This document shows, one piece after another, positions 39,439-49,026 of a stretch of 64,000 bases of DNA. Source of the stretch: an uncultured Gemmatimonadaceae bacterium. GTDB lineage: Bacteria; Gemmatimonadota; Gemmatimonadetes; Longimicrobiales; RSA9. The stretch spans positions 24,671 through 88,670 of the forward strand of contig CAYQCY010000002.1 in assembly GCA_964416095.1 (NCBI GenBank), in the 5' to 3' direction. The position numbers and the translations under genes were made by a program. Numbering within the stretch: position 1 is the first letter of the stretch; each line of letters begins with the position of its first letter. The notes beneath the pieces are model-generated. The model ran no database searches and was not told where the DNA came from. It saw nothing but the letters and a program-made list of their open reading frames with translations.

Positions 39439-40808
39439 CGGACATCGCGCCGCAGGTCACGGACGAGTTCAAGGAGCGGCTCCTGAAGCTGGAAGGCCTG
39501 CTGGAACGCGGCGAAGACGACGCCATCGCCGAGCTGCTGGCGCCCCTCCACCCCAGCGACATCGCGGACCTCATCGAGCAGCTCGAGGAGGAGGAACGGG
39601 TCCGGACCCTGGACCTGCTCCCGGCCGAGCTCGCGTCCGAGACGCTGGCCGAGATGGAGAGCGAGGAGCACCCGGAAGAGATCCTCGCCGCCCTGGAGCC
39701 GGACCGCATCAGCGAGCTCATCTCCGAGCTGGCGGACGACGACGCCGCCGACCTCATCGGCGAGCTGTCGCCGGCGGAGCAGACGCGCGTCCTGGCCACG
39801 CTGGCTCCCGTGGACGCCGGCGAGCTGCGCCAGCTGCTCGAGTACCCGGAGGAGTCGGCCGGCGGCATCATGACCACCGAGCTGATCGTCCTCTCGGTTC
39901 ACCTCACGGCGGACCAGGCGATCCAGCAGGTGCGGGAGCAGGCGCGAGAGATGGGGCCGGACTTCTACAGCATCTTCGTGGTGGACTTGCTCCGGCGGCT
40001 GCTGGGGGTGGTGGCGATCCAGGACCTGGTCCTGGCCGACCCCGACACGCCGCTCCGCGAGTTCGTCCAGGAGCCGGCGGCCACGATCCCGGTGGACATG
40101 GACCAGGAAGACGTGGGCCTGCTCATCGCGCGCTACAACGTTCCTTCGTTGCCGGTGGTCGGGCCGGAGAACGTGCTCCTGGGCCGGGTCACCTTCGACG
40201 ACGTCATCGACATCATCGAGGCCGAGCGCACCGAGGACATCCTGCGGCTCGCCGGCTCCGACCCGGAGGAGGAGGTGCGGGGTGGTGCGCTGGAGGCCGT
40301 CCGCGCCCGGCTCCCCTGGCTCCTCCTCAACCTGGCCACCGCCGGTGTGGCGGGCGTCATCGTGGGCCTGTTCGAACACACCATCGAGCAGTTGGCGATT
40401 CTCGCCGCGATCATGCCCGTCATCGCTGCGCTGGGCGGGAACGCCGGGACCCAGTCCCTGGCCGTGACGCTGCGGCGCATCGCCCTGGCCCGTGGCACGC
40501 CGGAACGCCACTGGGACGTGGCCTTCAAGGAGCTGTTCGTCGGGTTCGTGAACGGCGCCGTCATGGGGGTCGTCATCGGCCTGGCCAGCTTCGCCCTCCC
40601 CAACGTCCCGCCCCTTTTCGGCCTAGTCGTCATGCTGGCCATGTGGGGCAACCTGATCGTCGCTTCCTTCGCCGGCGCCCTCGTGCCCCTGACGTTGGAG
40701 GGCATGGGGCTCGACCCCGCCGTGGCCTCCTCCGTCTTCATCACGGCTATGACGGACATCGCCGGCTTCTTCCTGCTCCTGTACCTGGCCAGCACGGTCC
40801 TGCTATGA
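39435..40808 (+). CDS. mgtE: magnesium transporter MgtE
   Basis: GTGA overlap. MgtE-N acidic domain, CBS pair and C-terminal five-TM region (AIMPVIAALGGNAGTQS). Confidence 0.93.
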   Translation: MTDIAPQVTDEFKERLLKLEGLLERGEDDAIAELLAPLHPSDIADLIEQLEEEERVRTLDLLPAELASETLAEMESEEHPEEILAALEPDRISELISELADDDAADLIGELSPAEQTRVLATLAPVDAGELRQLLEYPEESAGGIMTTELIVLSVHLTADQAIQQVREQAREMGPDFYSIFVVDLLRRLLGVVAIQDLVLADPDTPLREFVQEPAATIPVDMDQEDVGLLIARYNVPSLPVVGPENVLLGRVTFDDVIDIIEAERTEDILRLAGSDPEEEVRGGALEAVRARLPWLLLNLATAGVAGVIVGLFEHTIEQLAILAAIMPVIAALGGNAGTQSLAVTLRRIALARGTPERHWDVAFKELFVGFVNGAVMGVVIGLASFALPNVPPLFGLVVMLAMWGNLIVASFAGALVPLTLEGMGLDPAVASSVFITAMTDIAGFFLLLYLASTVLL

Positions 40809-42487
40809 AGCGGTTCCGCCGCACGCTGCGCATCCTGCTGCGCCTCACCCCCTACGTCGTGGCGTTCCTGCGGGACCGACGCCGCTGGGTCCTGTTCGGT
40901 CGGCCCCGCAGCCTGACGCGGTCCCGGCACGAGCGGCGCGCCGAGCGCCTCACCGCCGCCATCGCGGCCCTCGGGCCCACCTTCATCAAGCTGGCCCAGG
41001 TGTTCAGCGCCCGGGCGGACATCCTGCCCGAGCCCTACCTGACGGCCGTGGGACGCCTCCAGGACCGGGTCCCGCCGGATCGTCCGGCGGCCATCCGGGC
41101 GGTGCTGGAAACTGAGCTGGAACGTCCCGTGGACGACGCCTTTCAGGACTTCCAGGACGAGCCCGTGGCAGCCGCGAGCCTGGGGCAGGTGCACCGCGCG
41201 ACGCTGGACGGACGCCCGGTCGCCGTCAAGGTGCTCCGGCCCGGCGTGGAGGAGCTGGTGGCCATCGACCTCGAGATCTCCTACCGGATCCTGTTCCTCC
41301 TGAACATCCTCTTCCCGAACCATCACGTGAAGGCCCTGACCACCGTGGTGCGGGAGTTCGCCGTCAAGGTCCGCATCGAGATGGACTTCCGGAAGGAGGC
41401 CGAGCATATCGCCCGCTTCCGGAAGAATTTCGGGGCAGATGCCCGGGTCCGGGCGCCGGAGGTGTACGAGAGCCTGACCCGCCGTCGCGTCCTGGTCATG
41501 GAGTGGGTGGACGGCGACAAGATCGATGCCCTGGAAGAGCGCTTCGCCGACGGCGAGCTGTCCCACCAGGGGCTCATGAGCACCCTGGCCGAGGCGTACC
41601 TGCGCATGCTGCTCGTGGACGGCTTCCTCCATGCCGACCCCCACCCCGGGAACCTGCTGGTGGACCGCGACGGCGCCATCGTGTTCCTGGACTGGGGGAT
41701 GGTCGTGTCCCTCCGGCCCGCTACCCGCAAGCGCATCATCCGTCTCGCCGTCGCCACCGCCAGGGAAGACCTGGACGGCATGATCAACGGCATGTACCAA
41801 ATCGGCATGATCGATCCGGACATCTCCCGGGCCGAGATCCGCGACGCAGCCGCCGAGATCATGTCGGTCATCGGACGGGCCCAGGAGCTCGGCGTGGACC
41901 GTGTCCAGGAGATCCTCCAGGAGATCATGGACGCCTTCTACACCTGGCCCCTCGTGCTGCCCCGGGAGCTCGTCTATTTCTTCCGCGCCACGGCGCTGCT
42001 GGAGGGGATCGGCTTCCGCTACGATCCGGGCTTCAACGGCATCGACATCGGGAGGCCCGTCGTCCAGCGGATGAAGGGTGAGCTCATGCGGGCCGTCGGC
42101 CGCGAGCCCGCCCAGGTCGCCATGAGCCTCGTGGACGAGGCGCGCTCCGTCCTCGGCAACGTCCGCGATGTGATGGAGCGGGCCGAGCGCGAGGAGCTCC
42201 GCGTCCGGGTACACCCCAGGGACATGCTCCGTGTCGAGCGGTTCCTCACGCTCCAGGCACGACGCATCCTGCTCAGCATCTTCGCCCTCACCATCGCCCT
42301 CATCGCGTCCATCACCTTCATCGTGCTCCGCAACGCCTGGGTCCTCGGCGCGGGGCTCGCCGTCGCCCTCATCATGTTCCTGGTCGTGCTCGTCCTGCCC
42401 ACCCACCTCCTCGAGAGCCCGCTTCGCCACGCCAGGGGGCTCCGACCCGGCGCACGGGACGAGGAGCGCTGGACCCGCGGCGTTTGA
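40805..42487 (+). CDS. ubiB: ABC1/UbiB-family atypical kinase
   Basis: ATGA overlap with mgtE. LGPTFIKLAQVFSARADILPEPY, AAASLGQVHRA, HADPHPGNLLV. C-terminal TM helices. Confidence 0.88.
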   Translation: MKRFRRTLRILLRLTPYVVAFLRDRRRWVLFGRPRSLTRSRHERRAERLTAAIAALGPTFIKLAQVFSARADILPEPYLTAVGRLQDRVPPDRPAAIRAVLETELERPVDDAFQDFQDEPVAAASLGQVHRATLDGRPVAVKVLRPGVEELVAIDLEISYRILFLLNILFPNHHVKALTTVVREFAVKVRIEMDFRKEAEHIARFRKNFGADARVRAPEVYESLTRRRVLVMEWVDGDKIDALEERFADGELSHQGLMSTLAEAYLRMLLVDGFLHADPHPGNLLVDRDGAIVFLDWGMVVSLRPATRKRIIRLAVATAREDLDGMINGMYQIGMIDPDISRAEIRDAAAEIMSVIGRAQELGVDRVQEILQEIMDAFYTWPLVLPRELVYFFRATALLEGIGFRYDPGFNGIDIGRPVVQRMKGELMRAVGREPAQVAMSLVDEARSVLGNVRDVMERAEREELRVRVHPRDMLRVERFLTLQARRILLSIFALTIALIASITFIVLRNAWVLGAGLAVALIMFLVVLVLPTHLLESPLRHARGLRPGARDEERWTRGV

Positions 42488-42521
42488 CACGGTTCCCGGC
42501 CTGGAGGAAGATTCTCACGCC

Positions 42522-43640
42522 ATGACGGGCATCCACCAACTCTCCGAGGAACGGCTCGCGCTGCTCCAGAGCTTCTCCCGGGAGGAGCGTACCGCGCTGG
42601 CACGCGTCATCTCCGTCGTCGAGAACGAGCGGTCCGGGCACCAGGCCGTCCTCCACGAGCTGCACGGTCGCCTCGGTCACACCCACAGGATCGGCATCAC
42701 CGGACCGCCCGGCGCCGGCAAGTCCACCCTCACCGCCGAGCTCATCCGCCGGCTCCGGGCGCGGGACCAGTCCGTCGGCGTCGTAGCCGTCGACCCCACC
42801 TCGCCCTTCACCGGCGGCGCCCTCCTCGGCGACCGCATCCGCATGAACGACGTGGCCCACGACCCCCACGTCTTCGTCCGGTCCATGGCCACGCGGGGAT
42901 CCCTCGGCGGGCTCGCCATCACCACCAAGGAGGTCACCGACGTCATGGACGCCTTCGGCTTCGACCGCGTCCTCGTGGAGACCGTCGGCGTCGGCCAATC
43001 CGAGCTCGACATCGCCGCCGCCGCCGACACCACCGTCGTCGTCCTGGTCCCCGAGTCCGGCGACTCCATTCAGACCATGAAGGCAGGACTCATGGAGGCC
43101 GCCGACCTCTTCGTCGTCAACAAGGCCGACCGGCCCGGCGCCGAACGCCTGGCCCAGGAGGTCCAGTTGATGCTGCAGATCCGGTTGGGCGATGCCGGGC
43201 CCGCCCGGACCGGCCATCACGGCATCGACGTGCGCCGCGCCCGGAAAGCGGGGCAGGGGCAGGCCCAGGCCCAGGGGGGGCACGGCGAGGGCGGCCGCAA
43301 CGCCGGCAAGCCGGCCGAGGCCGCGAACGCGCAGGACGCCGCGACCTGGACCATCCCCGTCATCCAGACCATCGCCGACACGGGCGAAGGCGTCGACGAG
43401 CTCCTCGAGGCCCTCGACCGACACCTGACGTGGCTCCAGACGTCCGGCGAGCTGTCCCGCAGGCGGAAGCAACGCCTCGCCGAACGCGTGCGTGACGTCG
43501 TCCGCCGACAGCTCCTGGCCCTGGCCTGGTCCGAGCACGACGGACGCGCCATCCTGCAGGAGGCCCTCCCGGCCCTCGAGGCCGGCGACACCACCCCGTA
43601 CGAGGTCGCGAGCCGGATCGTCAATCGTATCCGGGGGTAG
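42522..43640 (+). CDS. meaB: methylmalonyl-CoA mutase-associated G-protein chaperone (MeaB/ArgK)
   Basis: RBS GGAGGAAG 11 nt upstream. GITGPPGAGKST, VDPTSPFTGGALLGDR, VVNKAD. Contains a Gly/Gln/Ala-rich insert near residue 230. Confidence 0.9.
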   Translation: MTGIHQLSEERLALLQSFSREERTALARVISVVENERSGHQAVLHELHGRLGHTHRIGITGPPGAGKSTLTAELIRRLRARDQSVGVVAVDPTSPFTGGALLGDRIRMNDVAHDPHVFVRSMATRGSLGGLAITTKEVTDVMDAFGFDRVLVETVGVGQSELDIAAAADTTVVVLVPESGDSIQTMKAGLMEAADLFVVNKADRPGAERLAQEVQLMLQIRLGDAGPARTGHHGIDVRRARKAGQGQAQAQGGHGEGGRNAGKPAEAANAQDAATWTIPVIQTIADTGEGVDELLEALDRHLTWLQTSGELSRRRKQRLAERVRDVVRRQLLALAWSEHDGRAILQEALPALEAGDTTPYEVASRIVNRIRG

Positions 43641-43671
43641 ACCGATCCGTATCCACAGGGAACGACTTGCC

Positions 43672-45405
43672 ATGAGCGTCAAGGAACACGACACCCCGAC
43701 CGGCCACGACCGGGCCCGCCTCGAAGAACGGATCCGCCGCCGCGAGGCCGAGCTCCAGGAGCTGCGCCGTCGCCTGACCGAGTGGGACGCCGCCTACGAC
43801 CAGGTCCCCAAGCGCGACGTGACCTTCGACACCATCTCAGGTAACGAGGTCCAACCTCTTTACACACCAGTAGATAGAGGATCTGACTGGGACTACTTCG
43901 AGAAGTTGGGCGTGCCGGGCGCGTTCCCGTACACGCGGGGGCCGTACACGACGATGTACCGGACGCGGCTGTGGACGATGCGGCAGTTCGCGGGGATGGG
44001 GACGTCGGAGGAGACGAACCGGCGGTACCACTACCTGCTGGAGCATGGACAGACGGGTCTGAGCGTGGCGTTCGACTTCCCGACGCTCATGGGGTACGAC
44101 TCGGACCACCCGCGCTCGCTGGGCGAGGTGGGGAAGTGCGGGGTGGCGATCTCGAGCCTGGCGGACATGGAGACGTTGTTCGAGGGGATCCCCCTGGACG
44201 AGGTCTCGGTGTCCATGACGATCAACGGCCCCGCGATCATCCTGTTCGCGTTCTACGTGGTGGCGGCGGAGCGTCAGGGTGTGTCGCCGGAGGCGGTGCG
44301 TGGGACGGTGCAGAACGACATCCTGAAGGAGTACATGGCGCAGCACGCGTGGATCTACCCACCGGAGCCGGCGCTGAAGCTCATCGTGGACATGTTCGAG
44401 TGGTGTTCGGAGCGTGCGCCCAAATACAATCCTATCAGCATCAGCGGCTACCACATCCGGGAGGCGGGCTCGACGGCGGGGCAGGAGCTGGCGTACACGT
44501 TGAGGAACGGGTTCGAGTACGTGGAGCGGGGGATGGCGCGGGGCTTGGAGGTGGACGAGTTTGCGCCGCGGCTGTCGTTCTTCTTCGACGTGCACAACGA
44601 GTTTTTCGAGGAGGTGGCGAAGTTCCGGGCGGCGCGTCGGATCTGGGCGAAGCGGATGCGGGAGGTGTACGGGGCGGAGAAGGAGGAGTCGTGGCGGCTG
44701 CGGACGCACGCCCAGACGGCGGGCGTATCGCTGGTGGCGCAGCAGCCGGAGAACAACATCGTGCGGGTCGCGTACCAGGGGCTGGCGGCGGTGCTGGGCG
44801 GGACGCAGTCGCTGCACACGAACTCCATGGACGAGACGCTGGCGCTGCCCGCGGAGAAGGCGGTGCGGATCGCGCTCAGGACGCAGCAGATCCTGGCGTA
44901 CGAGACGGGTGTTGCGAACACGATCGACCCGCTGGCCGGGTCGTACTACGTGGAGGCGCTGACGGACCGGCTGGAGGCGGAGGCAGAGGCGATCTTCCAG
45001 GAGGTCGAGGAGATCGGCGGGGTCGTGCCGGGGATTGAGGCGGGGTATTTCCAGCGCGAGATCGCGCGGAGCGCCGAGCGGCAGCAGCGGGAGATCGAGC
45101 AGCGGGAACGGCTGGTGGTGGGAGTGAACGACTTCCTGGGCGGGAACGAGGACTCGGACATCGAGATCCTGAAGATCGATGAGCGCTCGGAGCGGCGGCA
45201 GCTCGAGCGCATGGAGGCCCTGCGGTCCCGGCGGGACGAGGGCCGGGTCGAGGCTACGCTCGACGGGTTGAAGAAGGCGGCGCGGGCTGAGGAGAACGTG
45301 ATGGAGCCGCTGCTGGAGTGCGTGCGGGCCGAGGCCACCCTGTTCGAGATCCGGCACGCCCTGGAGGAGGTGTACGGAAGCTTCCGGGAGCCGGTCTTCT
45401 TCTGA
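43672..45405 (+). CDS. methylmalonyl-CoA mutase family, large (substrate-binding barrel) subunit without B12 domain
   Basis: PLYTPVD..., FPYTRGPYTTMYRTRLWTMRQFAGMG, NPISISGYHIREAG. 577 aa, ending before the cobalamin-binding domain. Confidence 0.93.
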   Translation: MSVKEHDTPTGHDRARLEERIRRREAELQELRRRLTEWDAAYDQVPKRDVTFDTISGNEVQPLYTPVDRGSDWDYFEKLGVPGAFPYTRGPYTTMYRTRLWTMRQFAGMGTSEETNRRYHYLLEHGQTGLSVAFDFPTLMGYDSDHPRSLGEVGKCGVAISSLADMETLFEGIPLDEVSVSMTINGPAIILFAFYVVAAERQGVSPEAVRGTVQNDILKEYMAQHAWIYPPEPALKLIVDMFEWCSERAPKYNPISISGYHIREAGSTAGQELAYTLRNGFEYVERGMARGLEVDEFAPRLSFFFDVHNEFFEEVAKFRAARRIWAKRMREVYGAEKEESWRLRTHAQTAGVSLVAQQPENNIVRVAYQGLAAVLGGTQSLHTNSMDETLALPAEKAVRIALRTQQILAYETGVANTIDPLAGSYYVEALTDRLEAEAEAIFQEVEEIGGVVPGIEAGYFQREIARSAERQQREIEQRERLVVGVNDFLGGNEDSDIEILKIDERSERRQLERMEALRSRRDEGRVEATLDGLKKAARAEENVMEPLLECVRAEATLFEIRHALEEVYGSFREPVFF

Positions 45406-46106
45406 TGTCGTCCATCCGCGTGGTGTTCCTCGATGCTGGAGGAACGCTGCTCCACCCCGACCGGGCGTTCCTCGTGGATCTTCTCTCGGAGCACGGTGCC
45501 CGGCTGCCCGACCTGGGCACGGTGGAGCGGGCGGCGCGCGCCCGCATTCGCGCCATCCTGACCGGGAACGAGCAGGGCACGGACGGGAGCCGGGTCCGGG
45601 TGTTCTGGGAGGCCTTCGTCCGGGCCGCCGGTTGCCGGGACGACGCGGTGGAGGCCGCCACCGACGCCATCCTCGAGCACGACCGCCGGGGCGGGCTCTG
45701 GACGCACCTGGAGGAGGACACGCCGGGGACGCTCCGGGCGCTTCGGGACGCCGGGTTCCGGCTGGCGGTGATCTCGAACGCCGACGGTCGTGTGGCGTCG
45801 TTCCTGGAACGCGCCGGTCTCGGCCCGTACCTGGACTTCGTCGTGGACTCGGCCGTGGTCGGCGTGGAGAAGCCTGACCCCCGCATCTTCGAGATCGCCC
45901 TGGAACGGGCCGGCGTGGGCCCGTCGGAGGCGGTGCACGTGGGCGACATCTACGAGGTGGACGTGGCAGGGGCCCGGGCCGCGGGGCTGGAGGGCATCCT
46001 CCTGGACCGGACCGGGAACGCGCCTGACGCGGACTGCCGGTGCCTTTCCGCGCTGGCGGAGCTTCCCGCCCTGCTCGGGACCGACTCGGGCACCCGCGGA
46101 GACTGA
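45405..46106 (+). CDS. HAD-superfamily hydrolase
   Basis: The ATG shares one base with the upstream TGA. VVFLDAGGTLL motif I, VISNADG, HVGDIYEVDVAGARAAG. Confidence 0.8.
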   Translation: MSSIRVVFLDAGGTLLHPDRAFLVDLLSEHGARLPDLGTVERAARARIRAILTGNEQGTDGSRVRVFWEAFVRAAGCRDDAVEAATDAILEHDRRGGLWTHLEEDTPGTLRALRDAGFRLAVISNADGRVASFLERAGLGPYLDFVVDSAVVGVEKPDPRIFEIALERAGVGPSEAVHVGDIYEVDVAGARAAGLEGILLDRTGNAPDADCRCLSALAELPALLGTDSGTRGD

Positions 46107-47456
46107 ATGGAAGAGCACGCCCTGGGCACGCTCACAGCCGTCGACATCCTGTGGCGAGTGGGGGTCGCCCTGCTGCTCGTGTTCGCGAACGCTTTCTTCG
46201 TGGCGTCGGAGTTCGCGCTGGTGGGCGCACGCCGGACGCGCATCGAGGCGCTGGCCTCACGGGGCAACCGGCTGGCCCGGATGGCAGACCACGCCATCGG
46301 CCACCTGGACCACTACCTGTCGGCTACCCAGCTCGGCATCACGCTGGCGTCCCTGGGCCTGGGCTGGGTCGGGGAGCAAACGCTGGCGGCGATCCTCATC
46401 CAGTGGTTCGGCGCCTTCCCTGCGCCCTGGGACGCCATCGCGACTCACGGGGTGGCCGGGACCGTCGCCTTCCTCTTCATCACCGTGCTGCACATCGTGC
46501 TGGGCGAGCTGGCGCCGAAGTCCCTCGCCATCCTGTTCCCGGAGACGGTGAGCATCTGGACGGCGGGCCCCCTCATCGGCTTCACCCGCATCCTGTCGCC
46601 GTTCATCTACACGCTGAACGGCCTGGCGAATCTGCTCCTGCGCGTCATGGGGCTGCGTGCGCCCCACGAGGCGGAGCGGGTGCACCGGCCCGAGGAGATC
46701 GAGATGCTGGTGCACCAGAGCTACGAGTCGGGGCTTCTGGGGAAGGAGCCGGTGGACATGATCCGGGGCGTCTTCGACCTGTCCGAGACCATGGCCGGCG
46801 AGGTCATGACGCCCCGCACGGAGGTCGTGGCCGTACCGGTGAGCGCGACCCTGGACGAGGCGGCCCGGACGATCCTGGACGCGGGCCATTCGCGTCTGCC
46901 CGTGTACGAGGATACGCTGGACCGCGTCGTCGGCATCGTGCTGGCCCGGGACGTGTGGCGTGCCCGCAGGGAGGGAGGCGCCGACCTGGAATCGCTGGTC
47001 CGGCCTGCGACGTACGTGCCCGACACCAAGAGCGTCGAGGAGCTGCTCCGGAACATGCAGCGGGACCGGGTTCACCTGGCCATCGTGGTGGACGAGTTCG
47101 GCGGCACCGCCGGCCTGGTGACGCTGGAAGACCTGGTCGAGGAGATCGTCGGCGAGATCCGGGACGAGCACGAGGACGAGCTCGACGAGATCATGGAGAC
47201 GGGGACCGGTGCCGCGCTGGTAGCCGGGTCCGCTCCGGTCTCGGAGCTGAACGACCGGTTCGAGCTGGACTTGCCCGAGGAGGACTACACCACCGTGGCG
47301 GGCTACGTCATGGGACGGTTGGGTCGCCTTGCCCGACGCGGCGACGAGGTCGCCTTCGAGGGCGGCCAGCTCCGGGTCATCGCCGTGGCCGGGCGCCGCA
47401 TCACCCGCCTCGCCCTGGTCGTCGAGGCCCGTGCCGAGGAAGGCGACGCCGACTGA
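46107..47456 (+). CDS. CNNM/DUF21-CBS-CorC_HlyC family protein (hemolysin/Mg-Co efflux-like)
   Basis: N-terminal four-TM DUF21, CBS pair, C-terminal CorC_HlyC (GRLGRLARRGDEVAFEGGQLRV). Confidence 0.88.
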   Translation: MEEHALGTLTAVDILWRVGVALLLVFANAFFVASEFALVGARRTRIEALASRGNRLARMADHAIGHLDHYLSATQLGITLASLGLGWVGEQTLAAILIQWFGAFPAPWDAIATHGVAGTVAFLFITVLHIVLGELAPKSLAILFPETVSIWTAGPLIGFTRILSPFIYTLNGLANLLLRVMGLRAPHEAERVHRPEEIEMLVHQSYESGLLGKEPVDMIRGVFDLSETMAGEVMTPRTEVVAVPVSATLDEAARTILDAGHSRLPVYEDTLDRVVGIVLARDVWRARREGGADLESLVRPATYVPDTKSVEELLRNMQRDRVHLAIVVDEFGGTAGLVTLEDLVEEIVGEIRDEHEDELDEIMETGTGAALVAGSAPVSELNDRFELDLPEEDYTTVAGYVMGRLGRLARRGDEVAFEGGQLRVIAVAGRRITRLALVVEARAEEGDAD

Positions 47457-47459
47457 GCC

Positions 47460-48239
47460 ATGTGGTGGCGCCACCACTTCGACGACGTCTACTTCCGCCT
47501 CCACGAGCCCCTGTTCCAGGAAGCTGCGAGCCGCCGGGAGGCCGGCGCCATCCTCGAGCTCCTGGGTCTGCCCCATCCGGCCACGATCCTCGACGTACCC
47601 TGCGGCTGGGGACGCCACGCCAACCTGCTGGCGGAGGCGGGGCACGACGTGGTGGGGGCCGACCTCTCGCCGGGCTTCGTGCGGCGGGCCTGGCAGGCCG
47701 GCCGGGCGGGGAGCGCCGGTGACGTAGAGGCACCGGGACCTGCCGCCCCGCGATGGCCTGCCTGCTACACGGCCGCGGAGCTGCGCTTCCTCCCCTTCAC
47801 CGACGATGCCTTCGACGGCGTGGTCAACGTCTTCACGAGCCTGGGCCTCTTCCTGGACGATGCCGAGGACATCCGGGCGCTGGCCGAGGTCCGCCGCGTG
47901 CTCCGGCCGGCCGGGCGGTTCCTGCTCGAGTCGATGCACCGGGACGACGTGGTGGCCGGCTACGCCGAGCGCGACGCCTGGGAACTGCCCGACGGGACCG
48001 AGGTCCGGGTGCGGCGCAGGTTCGACCCCGTGACCGGCATCAGCCGGGAAGTCCTGAAGTGGCGCCGCGGAACCGAGGAGGGCGTGAAGCGGCACGCCCT
48101 GCGCCTGCGGACGGCGACGGAGATCGCCCGTCTCCTGGACGCGGCCGGGCTGCGGCCCGTTGCCTGGCACGGCGATTGGGACGGGTCGCCGTTCCGGCGG
48201 GACTCGGAGCGGTTGATCGTGCTGGCGGAGCCGTACTGA
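47460..48239 (+). CDS. class I SAM-dependent methyltransferase
   Basis: ILDVPCGWGRHANLLAEAGHDVVGADLS (motif I and post-I) and VLRPAGRFLLE. Confidence 0.8.
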   Translation: MWWRHHFDDVYFRLHEPLFQEAASRREAGAILELLGLPHPATILDVPCGWGRHANLLAEAGHDVVGADLSPGFVRRAWQAGRAGSAGDVEAPGPAAPRWPACYTAAELRFLPFTDDAFDGVVNVFTSLGLFLDDAEDIRALAEVRRVLRPAGRFLLESMHRDDVVAGYAERDAWELPDGTEVRVRRRFDPVTGISREVLKWRRGTEEGVKRHALRLRTATEIARLLDAAGLRPVAWHGDWDGSPFRRDSERLIVLAEPY

Positions 48240-48244
48240 GCGCA

Positions 48245-48268
48245 GGGCTCGGGTCGGGGCGGGCAGGG
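48245..48268 (+). other. G-quadruplex-type motif in convergent intergenic gap
   Basis: GGGCTCGGGTCGGGGCGGGCAGGG: five G3-4 runs with 1-3 nt loops, 6 nt after the methyltransferase stop. Confidence 0.5.
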
Positions 48269-48298
48269 CCGGCCGCGCCGGGCGCTCCGGGACCGTCG

Positions 48299-48835
48299 TC
48301 AGCCTTCGTCGTCCTCCTCCGCCGTGAACACCGGTCGTATCCCCGGCTTGCGGAGCAGCGCCTCTTCGGCGGCGAGGACGTAGGGCAGGCTGTCGCCGAC
48401 GCGGCGCCGGGCCGTGTGCAGATCGAACGCGGCGACGACGGTGGCGTCCGAGCGCACGTACGCGTTGGCCAGCAGCTCCACGACGGCGCGCCGCCGTTCC
48501 TCGCGGTCGAGGGCGCCAAACGGCCGGGAGAGAGCGGCCAGCGCCGCCTCGGCCCGGTCCCGGGTGGCGGCCGCCGCCTGCCCGCCGCCCAGGACCGCCA
48601 CGGCGGCTCCCGCCAGCGCCGCCGCCAGGAGGATCGCTTCCAGCGCCACGCCGATGCTTTGCGGCAGGGTCACCCCGAGCCAGTCCAGGACCGCGGGGAG
48701 GCCGAGGAACAGGGCCACGGCAGTGATCGCCACCAGACAGCCGCCCCCGCCGCGTCCCGGCCGGGGGCGGGAGACGGCATCACCGTAGGCCTGGCGGATC
48801 GCCTGGATGTCGTCGGGATCGAGGGAGTACGGCAT
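48299..48835 (-). CDS. hypothetical membrane protein (two TM helices plus cytoplasmic C-terminal domain)
   Basis: ATG 48835: MPYSLDPDDIQAIRQAYGD...CLVAITAVALFLGLPAVL...ALEAILLAAALAGAAVAVLG. No recognisable family. The track's longer start gives a Pro/Arg-rich extension. Confidence 0.5.
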   Translation of the reverse strand: MPYSLDPDDIQAIRQAYGDAVSRPRPGRGGGGCLVAITAVALFLGLPAVLDWLGVTLPQSIGVALEAILLAAALAGAAVAVLGGGQAAAATRDRAEAALAALSRPFGALDREERRRAVVELLANAYVRSDATVVAAFDLHTARRRVGDSLPYVLAAEEALLRKPGIRPVFTAEEDDEG

Positions 48836-49026
48836 CGGTGCGCCGGGGTGCGGGTCTCCGGCATCCAGAGTAATGGCTGCCGTCGAGGGCGGCCAGGATC
48901 CGCGCCGGTACTGGCGCGGTGCCGGCGTTTCGTGCCAAGATGCCGGGGACGGCCGTGTGGCCCGGCCGCCCGGGTCCGGCGGGGCCACGCGGGACCGTCC
49001 TGCGCCCGGACAACGGAGGAGCCGAG

